Shown: positions 51,407 through 64,000 of the stretch, piece by piece
Layout of the letters: each line of letters begins with the position of its first letter
Position numbering within the stretch: the stretch's first letter is position 1
NCBI RefSeq assembly: GCF_006345805.1
Contig: NC_043000.1
Coordinates: 104,346,001 to 104,410,000 of the forward strand
DNA length: 64,000 nt
Origin: Octopus sinensis
Lineage: Eukaryota
Direction of reading: 5' to 3'
Notes under the pieces: generated by a model
Databases searched by the model: none
The model's input: the letters and a program-made list of their open reading frames with translations, nothing else
Told to the model about the DNA's origin: nothing
Program-made: the position numbers and the translations under genes

Positions 51407-52054
51407 CTTTGAAATAGAAATAAAATAAAAGAATTATATAAAAATATGGTAATTTGAATGAAATATTCTTAGACAAGTCTAAAAAAAGATTTATTACAAA
51501 TGGTAGGAAAACCTCTTTTATTCTTTATATCGTCATAACCTGTACACAGTTTAGTATTACTTCTAAAATAATTAGAATTAATTTGATAGTAATGACTATT
51601 TGTAAATATAGGTGAAGGTATTGTCACGTGGTTAAGAAGTTTACAATCTGTGGTTCTGAGTTTGATATGATTGTGCAGCCTTTTTGTCTAAAATAGCCTT
51701 GGGTCAAGCCAACTGTGTGAGTAAAATTCAGTAAACAGAGTCTGTGTAAAAGCCTATCAAATGGATTGTATCAGTTCTAGGTTAATAGGATACCTTTAGC
51801 AGAATACACTCTATAGCACTCATTAAAACCAAATGTTTGTCTGGGGATAACTCCTCCCCACATTGTTTTTGACCAGTCTCAGAGACCCTGTAAAAAGTCA
51901 CAGGCACTATTCTTCTTCTTCTAAGAGAATAAGAATTAAAGGATAGTATAGAAATAAAAAAACAAAGAATTTAGTGAAATAAAAAGTATAAAAAATTAAG
52001 GAAAATTAAAAATGAAGTAGAAAAAGTAAAATAGTAAAGAAAGTCAAAACATAC

Positions 52055-52416
52055 CGATGGCAACCCAAGAAAAACCAATCAGTATAGAAACAGAACCTAT
52101 AAGCACAGTAGTACGTGTGTAATTGCTGAGGACATCCAACACGATGTACCAGGCTGATGCTACACTGAATGAAAAGGCACATGTTAAGGTAAGCATATGC
52201 AATATAGTTCCAACCAGAGGTGTATCATTTGGATGAATTTTCACACCAAGGGAGCGTGAAAACAATTTCCACAACCACTGAGGCCACTTCCTTGACAAAT
52301 GTACATGTTTCTGACTTCGTGTTAGCGATTTACCAGTGAAATCTTCTGGAGTTCTGTTGTCTGTGAGATTCCGGCCGACAGAAGTATAATACAAGATGGA
52401 AGCATTTCGTTTCTTT
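52055..52416 (-). CDS. 7-TM gene, coding exon 2 (N-terminal helix, TM1-TM2)
   Basis: atttcttccag|KKRNASILYY...WLWKLFSRSLGV...IGFSWVAI|gtatgt; 362 nt, phase 2-1. Confidence 0.88.
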
Positions 52417-54639
52417 CTGGAAGAAATGGAAAATTATAAATAAAGTAACAAACTGAAAACAAAATTACAAATAAAATAACACAAAACACCAAAAACTAAA
52501 AGATAACGAAAGGTAATGAGACACAGTAAATATTGTAATGTAAATCAATTTTGTCTTTTTCAGTTTATTTCAGTTTTGTTTGTTGTTTTGATATTTAAAA
52601 TTTTAATGAAACAAATAGTTTCAGAAAGTGAAATCTTTGAGAAAAAAATATAAATAAAAAGTGAAAATGGAGTTTAAAGTTGAAAGTGTTAAAGTTGAAA
52701 GAGTTTAAAGTTAAAAGTGTTATCTTAAGGACATTCAAATCAATAAAAGCTTTCATTGCATGTATATTTATATTAGCTTATATGTTTGTGTGTGTTTACA
52801 CACACACAGATAATTTTCAAGGCAGTTGGTATATCAAGAAAGCTGATTTAAATAATATAATTTCATCTTCATCATTTTACTTTTGACTTTCCATTCTGGC
52901 ATGGGTTAGGTAGGTTTCCTGAGTCACTGTTTTACATCTGGATATTCTCTCTGTCACTGCTCAGAACACATACAAACACAGTGTACTATTCTAAAACTAG
53001 GCTACAGACGGGAAACAATATAAATATTTTGTATTAAAATAAAGACAACATTCAAGGCAACAGTCTAATCAGCAACTAAAATGGTCAAAGGTTTATTACA
53101 TATAAAACTATCAGAAGTCATAATCTAAATATATTTTAATAGGTGTTGCAAATTCATATCAAATTTCTAATATATATTATTAGTAGCAGCCAATATAGAT
53201 AACATACATTAGGTCATAAATGCATACAGGAAATGGAGAATAATTAAACCAGTATCAGTACATAATTAGTAGTTATTCTATTAAAACTTGAGGAAATGAT
53301 GGAGTCTTTACATGGTCAATCAATTTGTGAGGAATAGTGACAAAATCTTCCTCAAATTACACACTGTTATCTTGAAAAAGAAAGAATATATTAGACAATA
53401 CAGTGTAGGATACACAACACTTGAAAAAAGATGATATGGGCATAAATGGAAGGGTTGCTTCAGCAGTGCTGACTTGGAACAAAATGATGATTCCAAATGC
53501 ATGAAAGATAAAATCAACTCCAGTAAGATTAGAATGAAACTGAAAGGTATTTAGTCAGCACTGTTCTGTTTCTACCATGATATTATTTTGGCTACTACAA
53601 ACATAATCATTAGGTCTCAGTAAGCTGATTTAAAGTAAAATACAAGTCAATTACCTGAGTGAATGATGGTTTCCGTAGCACACTAGAGCCAGGACAAAGG
53701 CACTGTTGTCTCAATGGCTCAGTCCATTTAGCTGTAGATATGGACATTCCCAAGTCTCAGTCAACTTGGTCTTTGTACAGAGAAGTAAACCTATTGTCTG
53801 TATCCTTGACATATTGTAATAACATTTTCAGACTGTCACATCTTTCATGTAGTTGTCTCTTACATTTATATTTAGATCTCCAGTTATCTTCCCTACATTT
53901 GCTCATCCCAACAACGCTCGGCAGGAGTAACTCAGACTTTCTCTAGGTGCTTTGAGTAGTAAGTAAGCTCGGAAGCAAGCAATTAACAGTAGTATTGTTC
54001 AGAGTGAGCAAAGAGCTGGCTGCGGCGACGGCCGCTGCCGGTGACGCGGTGCGATTGAAAGGCCGTTGTCGTGATATTGACTGTGAGTGTGTGTGTCCGT
54101 GTGTTACGCACGCGGCTAAGATGGTGGTCGATGGCTAATAAGGTCGTCAGAGGTATCGAGCATGAGTGTGTGTGCTGGTCAGCACACGAATGTGATGTGA
54201 TCTCTCCCCAGTGCTCTGTAGTGAAGACATGTTGGACGAAGCGTGGACAAACAGCAGGAGTAACTCGGACAAGTAGTAAGTAAACTTGGAAGCAAGCGAT
54301 TAGCAGTAGCATTGTTCAGAGCAAGCACAGGTCACTGGTTAAGATATAAAGAGTGTTACAGCTATGTCAGTTCAAACCCAACCAACAAATATATAAATAA
54401 ATCTAAACTGAAAATGATTGGAGTTCAAACTGATGGAAATGTAGTGTAGCAGAAAAATAGATAAATGACGAGATTGTGATGAGATTTGGAAAATTTTTAG
54501 ATGAAATAATTTTCAAAATATCTTCCTTACCTCCCCTCGAAACAACTATGGTGCTCTTATTACTAGCTTCAATTCCATCAGAAAATAAATAAGAGATGGT
54601 ATAATTTGCTGCTGTCAGTATCAGGAGACACTGTTACTA

Positions 54640-54980
54640 ATAGAGGACATAAGGTAAGGGTAAAGACTGCCTTCAGTCAATAATGACCAAGGGATTGTAC
54701 CTAGAAAGTTCCCCTCCAAGGCACAAGAATCCGGGCAAGGTTGTTTATGGAAGACCAGCAGTCATCCATGCATACCAGCCTTCTCTCTCCATGCCACTGA
54801 TGTTATCCAAGGGAAAGGCAAAGGCCAATACAGCTTGGTACCAGTGACATTGCAACTCATTTCTATAGCTGAGTGAATTGGAACAATGTGAAATAAAGTA
54901 TCTTGCTCAAGAACACAACACACAGCCTGGTCTGCAAATTGAACCTCATGATTGTGAGCCCAATGCTCTAACCACTGAGC
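54640..54980 (-). mobile_element. tRNA-derived SINE
   Basis: Minus-strand head TAGCTCAGTGGTTAGAGCATTGGGCTCACAATCATGAGGTTCAATT (A/B-box-like). Confidence 0.7.
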
Positions 54981-55486
54981 TATTATATATCTGCCATCTA
55001 TCCCTAACAGATAGACCTACTAACACTGTAGATATATCTAACAACTGAATGACACTTTCTTTGTGTATCCTATGTACATAGGCAGAAGGAAGGAAAGAAG
55101 AAAACATATCACTTATGCTTCTCTGAAGCATTGCTGGGTTACAAATGGAGACGTTATTATCATTTCTCTTGTCAACAAAAATGGTCTACAAGCTAAGTTC
55201 CTTTGAAGACCCTTGCTTGAAAAAAACCCCCAAAAAACAACAAAACATGGAAGAGTTAACAACAGGACAAGCATCCAGTTGTAAAATGATGCTTCAATAA
55301 TATATTCATCTGACCCAAGCTAGCATGGAAAGACAGACATAAAAATGAACAATGTCTTTAAGCTAGGTTTGAATCTTTTGCCTTCAGACTACCCACTGAT
55401 TCCTTTACACAAGGTAGAGAGACTTTTAACTACTGTTTCATATAAGGGAACAGTTTTAAGAGCATTGCAAGTCCAAGAATTCAGCC

Positions 55487-55547
<61 letters not shown>

Positions 55548-55759
55548 TACATATAGGTAAGAAAATAAGTGCAAAACAATGTAGAAAAATAGTACTCGAA
55601 TACTAAGGGTAGAGTAATATACTTTTTTAGTGAAGCTGCAAAATTATCACAGAATTGTTACTCAGAGTTTCATATACCTGTTGTGATGAAAACTCTTTCT
55701 CTCTCTATATATATAAATACACACACACACACAAACATATACATATAGTGTCAGGTCAG

Positions 55760-56550
55760 TCTAGAATGCTACTGGTAACATGTAACCCAGTACAACCTGT
55801 TGCATGGTCGGGTCGGCAGCAATTAAATTGGCTACCCAACTAGGCTTGCTTGGTGAGGAGGGTGTGTTGGATACCCTGCGGGATAAAAAATAAGACCTGT
55901 CAAAGGGCGGAGGAACCCCATGAACAGTCGACGGCCATACAACAAAATGTTTGTAAAAAAAATATGACACACACACCTGTGTGTGTGATCTTCATTTGTC
56001 AACTACAGGAAAAATGCTGGGAGCAGCAATTACCACTATATATAGCATTTGTCGATCTGACAAAGGCATTTGATACAGTAAGCAGATCAGGACTGTACAT
56101 GGTGCTTGGAAAATGTGGCCATTCCCCAATACTGCTACAGCTCATTGTTTCATTCCATGATGACATAAAGGCCACCATTCAGTTTGATGGTTTAAGATCA
56201 GATAGCTTCAACATCAACAGCGGAGTAAAACAAGATTGTGTCTTAGCACCAATCCTTTTCAGCATTTTCCTTGCTGTATTGCTGCAATATGCATTTCAAG
56301 AGTCGCCGGGAGATGTCTACCTTTGTTGGAGAACTGATAGGTCACTCTTTGATCTTTCTAGACTTTGGCCCAAGACCAAGATCAATAGAACAACAATAAG
56401 AGACTTTCTCTTCACCAACAATGAGGCACATATTGCTCACAATGAATTAACTCTACAAATAATGATGGACCACATATCATTAGCATGCAAGGCCTTTGGT
56501 TTGGTCATCAGTGTAAAGAAGGCAGTCATCTTCACTCACTTCCTAGAAAT
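55760..56550 (+). mobile_element. Decayed, internally deleted RTE-BovB-like LINE
   Basis: QLQEKCWEQ..PLYIAFVDLTKAFDTV, SGVKQDCVLAPILF; the YADD motif is degenerate. Confidence 0.85.
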
Positions 56551-58999
56551 CTAATGCTCTTAGCTTAGTTTTTCCTTGGGGCTGGCCAGATTGGAGCAAT
56601 CTTGAGTATAACCAGCCAAAATTGCAAAGATAATCTGGAACTCGACTGAGGAAAGAAATCTTTGAATGACCCGTCCTTGTTTTCTTTGTAGCGTCTATCG
56701 ATGTTTTGTGTTCTTGTCCCATTTTGTATTTTATATATATATATATTTTAATAAATTTTATTGTATTGTATTCTATATAACTATGAATGTTAATTTGAAT
56801 CTATAATTATTTTAGTAGTTGATAATTTAGATATGTATATTTAATTATTAGTATATAATTATAACTGTACGTAAATTGTAAGATATTACTTAGTCAATGT
56901 GGTATGTAGATCGTAAAATAGTCAAACGGTTCTTTTAAAATAAGTTATACGTTTTTAATTTGATTTCTAATTTTTAATTTGTATTTCATAAATATATTCT
57001 ATAGATATTTATAATATTTATGTAAGTAATAATGGACTAATTAATTTATTTATTTTTGGTTATATGTCTATATATTTATTGATAGAGAAAATTTTAGATT
57101 TTTCATTACTATATTTGTTGATTATAATTTAGATACTTATTTTTATGTATTTATTATTTATAATTATTAGATGTGAACTTAAATCTAAAAATATTAATAG
57201 TGATTATTTGTTAAATAATTTGGTAATTAAATATTGGAGTATAACTGAGTTAAAGATATTCGATATGTTTTTTAAAGCCAAATTATATCTTCAAAGATAA
57301 ATACATATTTCTATCTATTTTTTTACCTTAAAAATTAAATATTTAACATAATAAATGTGTTGTAGGAAATAATCCTAATGTTTTAAGTTTATAATTTAGT
57401 TAATGGAGATTTTTTTATAAGAAAAATTATTATTTATTTATTTCTTAAATAAATATTGTTTAACTCTATTTGCTTATTTATTTAACTATTATCATTAATC
57501 TGAAGATTGACTATTATTTTAAATCAAATTTATTTCAATTGAATTTAAACTTAATTGTAATTCGAATTTAATTGTAGTGTTTTTACATATTATATTATAT
57601 TTTTGTCATTCATTTTATACTTTTTGAGATCTAGTTAGAAGTTATAAATTTATAAAAAAAAAAATTAAATATATATATTGGTTATTTCTGTATTGGTTTA
57701 TGTCTATCACTGTTTGAGTTGCATGATAGTGGTTTTATCTCTAATTTATATTTTATATATATATATATATTGACTACGATTAGTCTTTGTCTCTTCAACT
57801 AAGAAGACTATGCATTTATGAGGAGGTCTAATAAGATCGGAACATATCAGTTACTTTCACTGGTTGGCTTTTAAAAATCGAATTTTCAATTCACTCTATG
57901 ACCTATGTGGGACCCGATCGGCTTTGTAAGAGTTATCTCCCCTACCCATAACGAACCATCACGCTTCAAAATTTAGTGTTTACATTAAAGGCCATGTCAA
58001 TTTTGATGGTAAAAACGAATCAAAGGGTTCCAGCAGCAATCATGCTGACCATTTTTTTTTATTCAGTCGCAGTATACTTTAAACTATATTAACTAGTGTG
58101 TTCTTTCCTTATTTCAGAAAGCTGGGTATGTTTTGAGAGAGATTCATCTATTGATTTGCTAACTTATTTAGCTGGCATACAACTCTTCAATTTGTGCAAA
58201 ACGATGTTCACGTAAACGGAATGGCGAGAAACTATTACATGAAGCTGACATCAGATAATGGATAATGACTTTTAAAACTTTGTTATTACTATAACTGAAA
58301 GATCAAAATGATAAATAGAAGCAAAAGATATATATAATAATAATGATGAAGTATATAGAAAATTGGGGTAAAATGTTTCTTCCTTTTTCATAGGCCTGCA
58401 ATTGTTACTTTTACTCCTGCAATATAATTGAACGATTGAAGATGAATATCATGAAAATGAGAGAACATTGTTTTTTTTTTGTTTTTTTTTTGTCATTAAG
58501 CTATAGGAAGAGTAGCAGTACTTTTGACTTTCAAGGCTTTTGAGACAGTTAGGAAGAAGAAAACAGCTCTGATTACATCGCATTCAACAAATTCATTTAT
58601 ACTAGTTTATCAACAAATGGAGAAATGTTTTAATTCTTAGAACATCAGCTAAGGTTAAAGATTAGGGTCAACAAAATAAAGTGGAATAAATGGCTATGAA
58701 AAAGCACTGAAAGGTTTTTGTTCAACCCCAGTTAGGACACCAAAGTCCAAAAAGAAGAGAAGCTCATTCTAGAATAGTGATCAAAAGTTTATCAAAAGTG
58801 TAAAGACAAGTAAGGAACAAATATCTTTAATGTATACTCAAAGGTACCTAAATTGGTTAAAATAAGAATCCAGTTTTAAAACTTTGATTGCTGTAGTTCC
58901 GAGAAATGTAGATATATTTCTAATAATCCGACATATATACATCTCGATTCACTAGTTTGGTTTGAATTCAGAAAGAATAGTGAATAGGACAATACTTAC

Positions 59000-59058
59000 C
59001 GCATCACATTATAAGATTCAAGTGACGGAGAATGTATCCACGATGGTATGGATGACAT
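59000..59058 (-). CDS. 7-TM gene, coding exon 1 (exon spans 59000-59070; a further upstream exon is implied)
   Basis: ctttag|GTCATTACTTTA-ATG: MSSIPSWIHSPSLESYNVM(R)|gtaagt; phase 2 matches the exon 2 acceptor. Confidence 0.7.
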
Positions 59059-59754
59059 TAAAGTAATGACCTAAAGTTTCTTTCACCGACAATTGTTATA
59101 TAACATAACAATATGCAAATACTGAGTGTAATGCACTGTAGTGTTGTATGAAGAATGGTTTAGTATAATGTAACAACATACAATACAGAGTTGGTTGTGT
59201 TTACTGAAGAGAAGACAAATGAACACTCAGCATTACTGGTCATGGATTGTTTCACAAAGTTCAATAGATAAGAAAACTGATGTCTTCACAAATGACAACA
59301 GTGATTGGATAGTGTGTTTAGTTCAGCGTAACTGTAATGTGTTTGTTGTAGATGCTTAGTAATATTGCTTGTTGTTTAGTGTATACAGGTCATTCAGGGT
59401 TTAGAAAGTACTGTATTATACAGAATAATTAAGTGTGTGTGTGTGTGTATAAACCTTCCTAACATTGTTAACTAGAAAGCATAGCATGCCAAGTGGGTAG
59501 AACACAACTTTTCAGTCAACTGAAAACTTATAAAAAAAACATTAATTTAAATATGAGGAGTGGTAATGGAAGTGGGTGATTGCTATGTATGTGTGTCACC
59601 ATGAGGAATGTTAGGGAATCCTAGCCTCTTGAGATAGTCACCAGATACGAGTGAATGAGAGAGAGAGAATGCTCAGAGATAGTGTTTATCAAGATTAGGA
59701 CAACCTTGTCCAAAGTACAAACACAACAGTACAATTCTAGTTTTAGTATAGCAT

Positions 59755-62576
59755 TTTAAGGGCCACTGACCAGATCTGTGGATGGTGCAAAGTTCTCTCT
59801 CGACCCAAAATAACGTGGTGGTGGAACAATGTTATTGACAGGGCTATTACAGAAAAGAACCAGGCTTGGAAGGACTGGAAGAACGGTGGTAGCAGGGAAT
59901 TGTATCTGACTGCCAGAAGGGAAGCTAGGAGGCAGGTTTATTTAGCCAGAGGGGAAGCAGATAAGAAAAAAATTGCCAATGTTCTGTGCCGTGAGGACCA
60001 AAGACTTGAGGCATTTCGTGTTGCAAGACAGTGTGTGAGAGAGAATCATGGTGTTGTAGGAGAGAAATGTATTCGCATGGATGATGGTTCACTTGTGCTA
60101 AATGAGGCTGCAAAGAGAGAGGTTTGGAGATGCCACTATGAAAGGTTGCTGAATAAAGAAAATGAATGGGAAAATGAATGGGAAAAAGAGAGTCTGCTGA
60201 ATGTTGACCCAACAGAGAGACCAGCAATCTGAGTTGACAGTACCTTGGTAGATAAACCAATTAAAAGTATGAAGACAAGGAAAGCCCACGGCCTACCCAC
60301 CAGGAATTACTGCAGAGATGCTCAAAATATCTGGCAGTGTCGGCATTAGCCTGGTCACCAGTATAGTTAACCAGGTGATACACGAAGGAGTCATACCCAA
60401 TGACTGGTGTAGCAGCATAATAGTCAACTGCTACAAAAGTAAAGGTGACGCTTTAGATACAAATAATTACAGAGGTATCAAGTTGTTGGATCAGGTAATG
60501 AAGGTCACAGAGAGGGTCATAGCCCAACTAATTAGGGAGAGAGTCAGTTTGGATGAGATGTAGTTTGGTTTTGTGCCAGGGAAAAGCACCACTGATGCTA
60601 TATTTCTGGTAAGACAGCTGCAGGAGAAATACTTGGCCAAAGATAAGCCCCTGTACCTGCCTTTTGTTGACATGGAGAAAGCTTTTGACAGGGTCCCCCG
60701 ATCCCTTATCTGGTGGTCAATGAGGAAACTAGGGATAAATGAATGGTTAGTGAGAGCTGTGCAAGCCATGTACAGGGACGCTGTCAGTAAGGTGAGGGTT
60801 GGCAACGAGTACACTGAAAAATTCAGGGTAGAGGTAGGGGTCCACCAAGGTTCAGGCCTCAGCCCCCTCCTATTTATCATAGTCCTCCAGGCAATAACGG
60901 AGGAATTCAAGACAGGATGCCCCTGGGAGCTCCTCTAGGCTGATGACCTTGCTCTAATTGCTGAGTCACCATCAAAACTAGAGGGGAAGTGTGGAAGCAA
61001 GGATCAGAATCAAAGGGCCTTAGAGTCAACCTAGATAAAACCAAAGTCCTAATAAGTAGGAAGGCAGGCAAACCACAAACGCCTTCAGGTAGATGGCCTG
61101 CTCAATCTGTAGTAGAGGCGTAGGTAGAAACTCTATAAGATGTACCCAGTGTAAGCTATGGATACATAGCTTTCAAAAGAAGGCTAACTGGGAAGATAGT
61201 TTTTGTATGTGGCAGATGCTCGGGAGCAATAAACACTGAAAATGCACAGAGAACAACTTCCGCCACAGGGAGCAATAAACACTGAAAATGCACAGAGAAC
61301 AACTTCCGCCACAGGGAGAAAAACTAGAAGTAGTTGATAGCTTCTGTTACCTAGGTGACCAAGTCAGTAGCGGGGGAGAGTGCACTGAAAGTGTAGCTGC
61401 TAGAATAAGAAGAGCCTGGGCAAAGTTCAGAGAGCTCTTACCTCTGCTGGTGACAAAGGGCCACTCACTCAGAGTAAAAGGTAGACTGTATGACGCATGT
61501 ATACTTACAGCCATGCTACATGGAAGTGAAACATGGGGTGTGACTGCTGAGGACATGTGTAAGCTCACAAGGAATGAAGCCAGTATGACCTGATGGATGT
61601 GTAATGTCAGTGTGCATACTCGACAGAGTGTAAGTACCTTGAGAGAAAAGTTGGGCCTAAGAAGCATCAGATGTGGTGTGCAAGAGAAATGACTGCACTG
61701 GTATGGTCATGTGGTGAGAATGGATGAGGATAGCTGTGTGAAAAATTGCCACACCCTAGCGGTTGTGGGAACCTGTGGAAGAGGTAGATCCAGGAAGACC
61801 TGGGATGAAGTGGTGAAGCACGACCTTCGAACTTTAGGCCTCACCAAGGAAATGACTAGTGACCGAGACTTTTGGAAATATGCTGTGCATGAGAAGACCC
61901 AGCAAGCCAAATGAGACCATAACCTCATGGCCTATGCCAGGGATGTAACCAGCCCACTTATGCGTACCTTTTCCTTCTTTGGACACTAAAATCTGCTTGC
62001 GAAAACCTGTTGAGGCAAGTGAAATCGAAATCAAACTCGATGACTAGCATTCGTGCTAGCGGGGTGCAAAGAGCACCATACGAGTGTGATCGTTGACAGA
62101 GAGGCTAACCGGCTTCCATGCCAGTGGCACATAAAAGGCACCATTTGAGTGTGATCGTTACCAGCATCGCCTTACTGGCACTTGTACCCCGTGCAAGTAG
62201 GGTGCTAAGAGCACCATCCGAGCATGATCGTTGCCTGAGCGGCTAAATGGCTTCCGTGCCGGTGGCACGTAAAAGGCACCATTTGAGTGTGATCGTTACC
62301 AGCGTCACTTTACTGGCTCCAGCGCCGGTGGCATGTGCAAAATGATTCGAGCAAGGTCGTTGACAGTACCGCCTGACTGTCCCCTCTGCTGGTGGCATAT
62401 AAAAGTACCCACTACACTCTAGGAGTGGTTGGCGTTAGGAAGGGCATCCAGCTGTAGAAACTCTGCCAGATCAAGATTGGAGACTGGTGCAGCCATCTGG
62501 TTTGCCAGCCCTCAGTCAAATCGTCCAACCCATGCTAACATGGAAAGCGGATGTTAAACGATGATGATGATGATGT
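59755..62576 (+). mobile_element. 5'-truncated RTE-clade LINE, decayed, with tandemly repeated 3'UTR and (GAT)n tail
   Basis: NYRGIKLL, PGKSTTDAIF, FVDMEKAFDRVPR, GVHQGSGLSPLLF, (Y>stop)ADDL, FCYLG, GRGRSRKTW; subrepeats at 62050-62400. Confidence 0.92.
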
Positions 62577-64000
62577 TGCTGTTATGTGTGATACAAAGAC
62601 ATATTGTATATAATCCATAAAATGCAACCACTTTGTGATCCTTCATATACATAGATTATCAGAGAGTAACTACTGGAATATCATGAAAAGGAGAGGCTTT
62701 TATTTTGTTTTTGTCACTGAGCTAGAGAAAGAGGAGCAACATCTTTGATTTTTAAGGGCTTAAAGACTACTAGGAAGAAGTTATCCCTAAATGAAAGGCC
62801 AGTCTTAAAAAGCTTGCAAGAGAACAGACTCTGCCAAGGGAAAACAAGGGCCAAGTAATGGGATTGTGGATAGAGTCTATCACCTGGAGGAAAGTTTCAT
62901 TGGGAAGGAACGAGGGCTTGTGTAATCAACAATGTGGATGGAGTGGGTGTTCAATAGCTGTAGGAATTGTCTGAGCTAAAGAGCAGGGTATTCAGTTGGG
63001 GAGCAGAGTAATCTATGAAAAAGGGAACAAGATAATTTATATTTAAGACAGTGACAAATGGAATAGTTAGAGAAATAGAAAAGAATCAGTAAGGTGTGGG
63101 GTATGAGAAGATTTGGAGGTGGTGATGGGAATTAGTATTAAAATTAAATGTGGGAGAAAAGAAGCTGGCAGATATGTTAGACTTAAATACAGAGAGCCAT
63201 TTAAATTATTTTAATTAATTATGAGATAAGAAGGAATATTGACAGAAGTTACCAGAACATACTGTAGCACTAAACGTTTAATCACTACAGCAAGTTACAA
63301 CTCAGGACATGTTTCGGATCTGTTTAACGAATTCACAGGGTTTAAATGATCTTTTTCTATCGTTGCAGAGTTTTAGAGACAAAATAAAAAAAAAACAAAA
63401 CTGCAAGACCTCGAAGGTTTGCGGCTATAGTCAAAGCAAGCTAAATTTAAATATAATAACATCAAAACATGTAAATAACTGAGTTTTAACGAAACATTCG
63501 ATAGTAAGGAACAAGCGATGGTTTGTGTCGACATAGTAAATTACGTAGAGTTACCCCCCTTGGATTAAAAACCAAAATACCCACTCAGAGAAATGTTTTC
63601 ACGAAGTAAATCGTTAATCGGGCATTTCTGAAAAGGTGTAAAAAAAAAAAAAAAACCCTGCAAAAATATGAATGCTCAATATCAGTTAACTTCCTTTAGC
63701 ATGCTGATGTGTGTGTGTATGTAAAGCATGCTGATAAAACACTCTTACACTACTAAAGAACTTTCGCACTATGTACGAAAATTGTTCACTATCATTTAAA
63801 CATGGCATTTGTTCTTTGAAGTAATATTCATATTTACCTCAGCATAATGTTAATTTCGAGCGCAAAACTCCTAAACAAGGAAATGGGCATTAATTTAATG
63901 AATAGACAACTGGCACGTGTTATATTAACCCCGGGGGAAAGTGGTGTAGCAAGAGTTCTCATTAAAGACAATTTTTGCACTTCCATGGCATGATAAGCAA

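Noticed and set aside
56735-57780. Mitochondrial insertion (NUMT)
   Set aside because: AT-rich, but no recognisable mitochondrial gene, rRNA or tRNA.
38508-59058. Calling the 7-TM gene a GPCR
   Set aside because: No rhodopsin, secretin or glutamate family motifs; the long loop falls between TM4 and TM5 and the C-terminal tail is very short, unlike GPCRs.
62050-62400. CRISPR-like repeat/spacer array
   Set aside because: Eukaryotic context; the 'spacers' are themselves repeated and belong to an RTE 3'UTR.

Overview
Eukaryotic, AT-rich, repeat-dense animal DNA; the SINE/RTE/Penelope repeats and microsatellites look like Octopus (inferred, not proven). (1) ~0.5-20.6 kb is a tandem array of five near-identical 140-nt U4 snRNA genes (minus strand) in ~2-kb units. 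The spacers hold nested insertions: a LINE 5' end, a Gypsy provirus and its solo-LTR derivative, a CR1 3' fragment, two Penelope-like elements, a second solo LTR and SINEs; a hAT transposon ends the array. (2) 23.3-24.5 kb is an intact, intronless, divergent CNOT2-like ORF. (3) 25-37 kb is mostly decayed TEs (mariner, Tc1, RTE, CR1, Penelope, a Chapaev3 copy with both ends) plus a canonical-looking hammerhead ribozyme next to its own antisense copy. (4) 38.5-59.1 kb holds a 9-coding-exon minus-strand gene, assembled by hand with consistent splice phases, encoding a ~515-aa 7-TM protein with the layout of the gustatory-receptor-like/DUF3537 (7TMIC) ion-channel superfamily. (5) 59.8-62.6 kb is a decayed RTE LINE. 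All calls come from reading the sequence; no searches were run.
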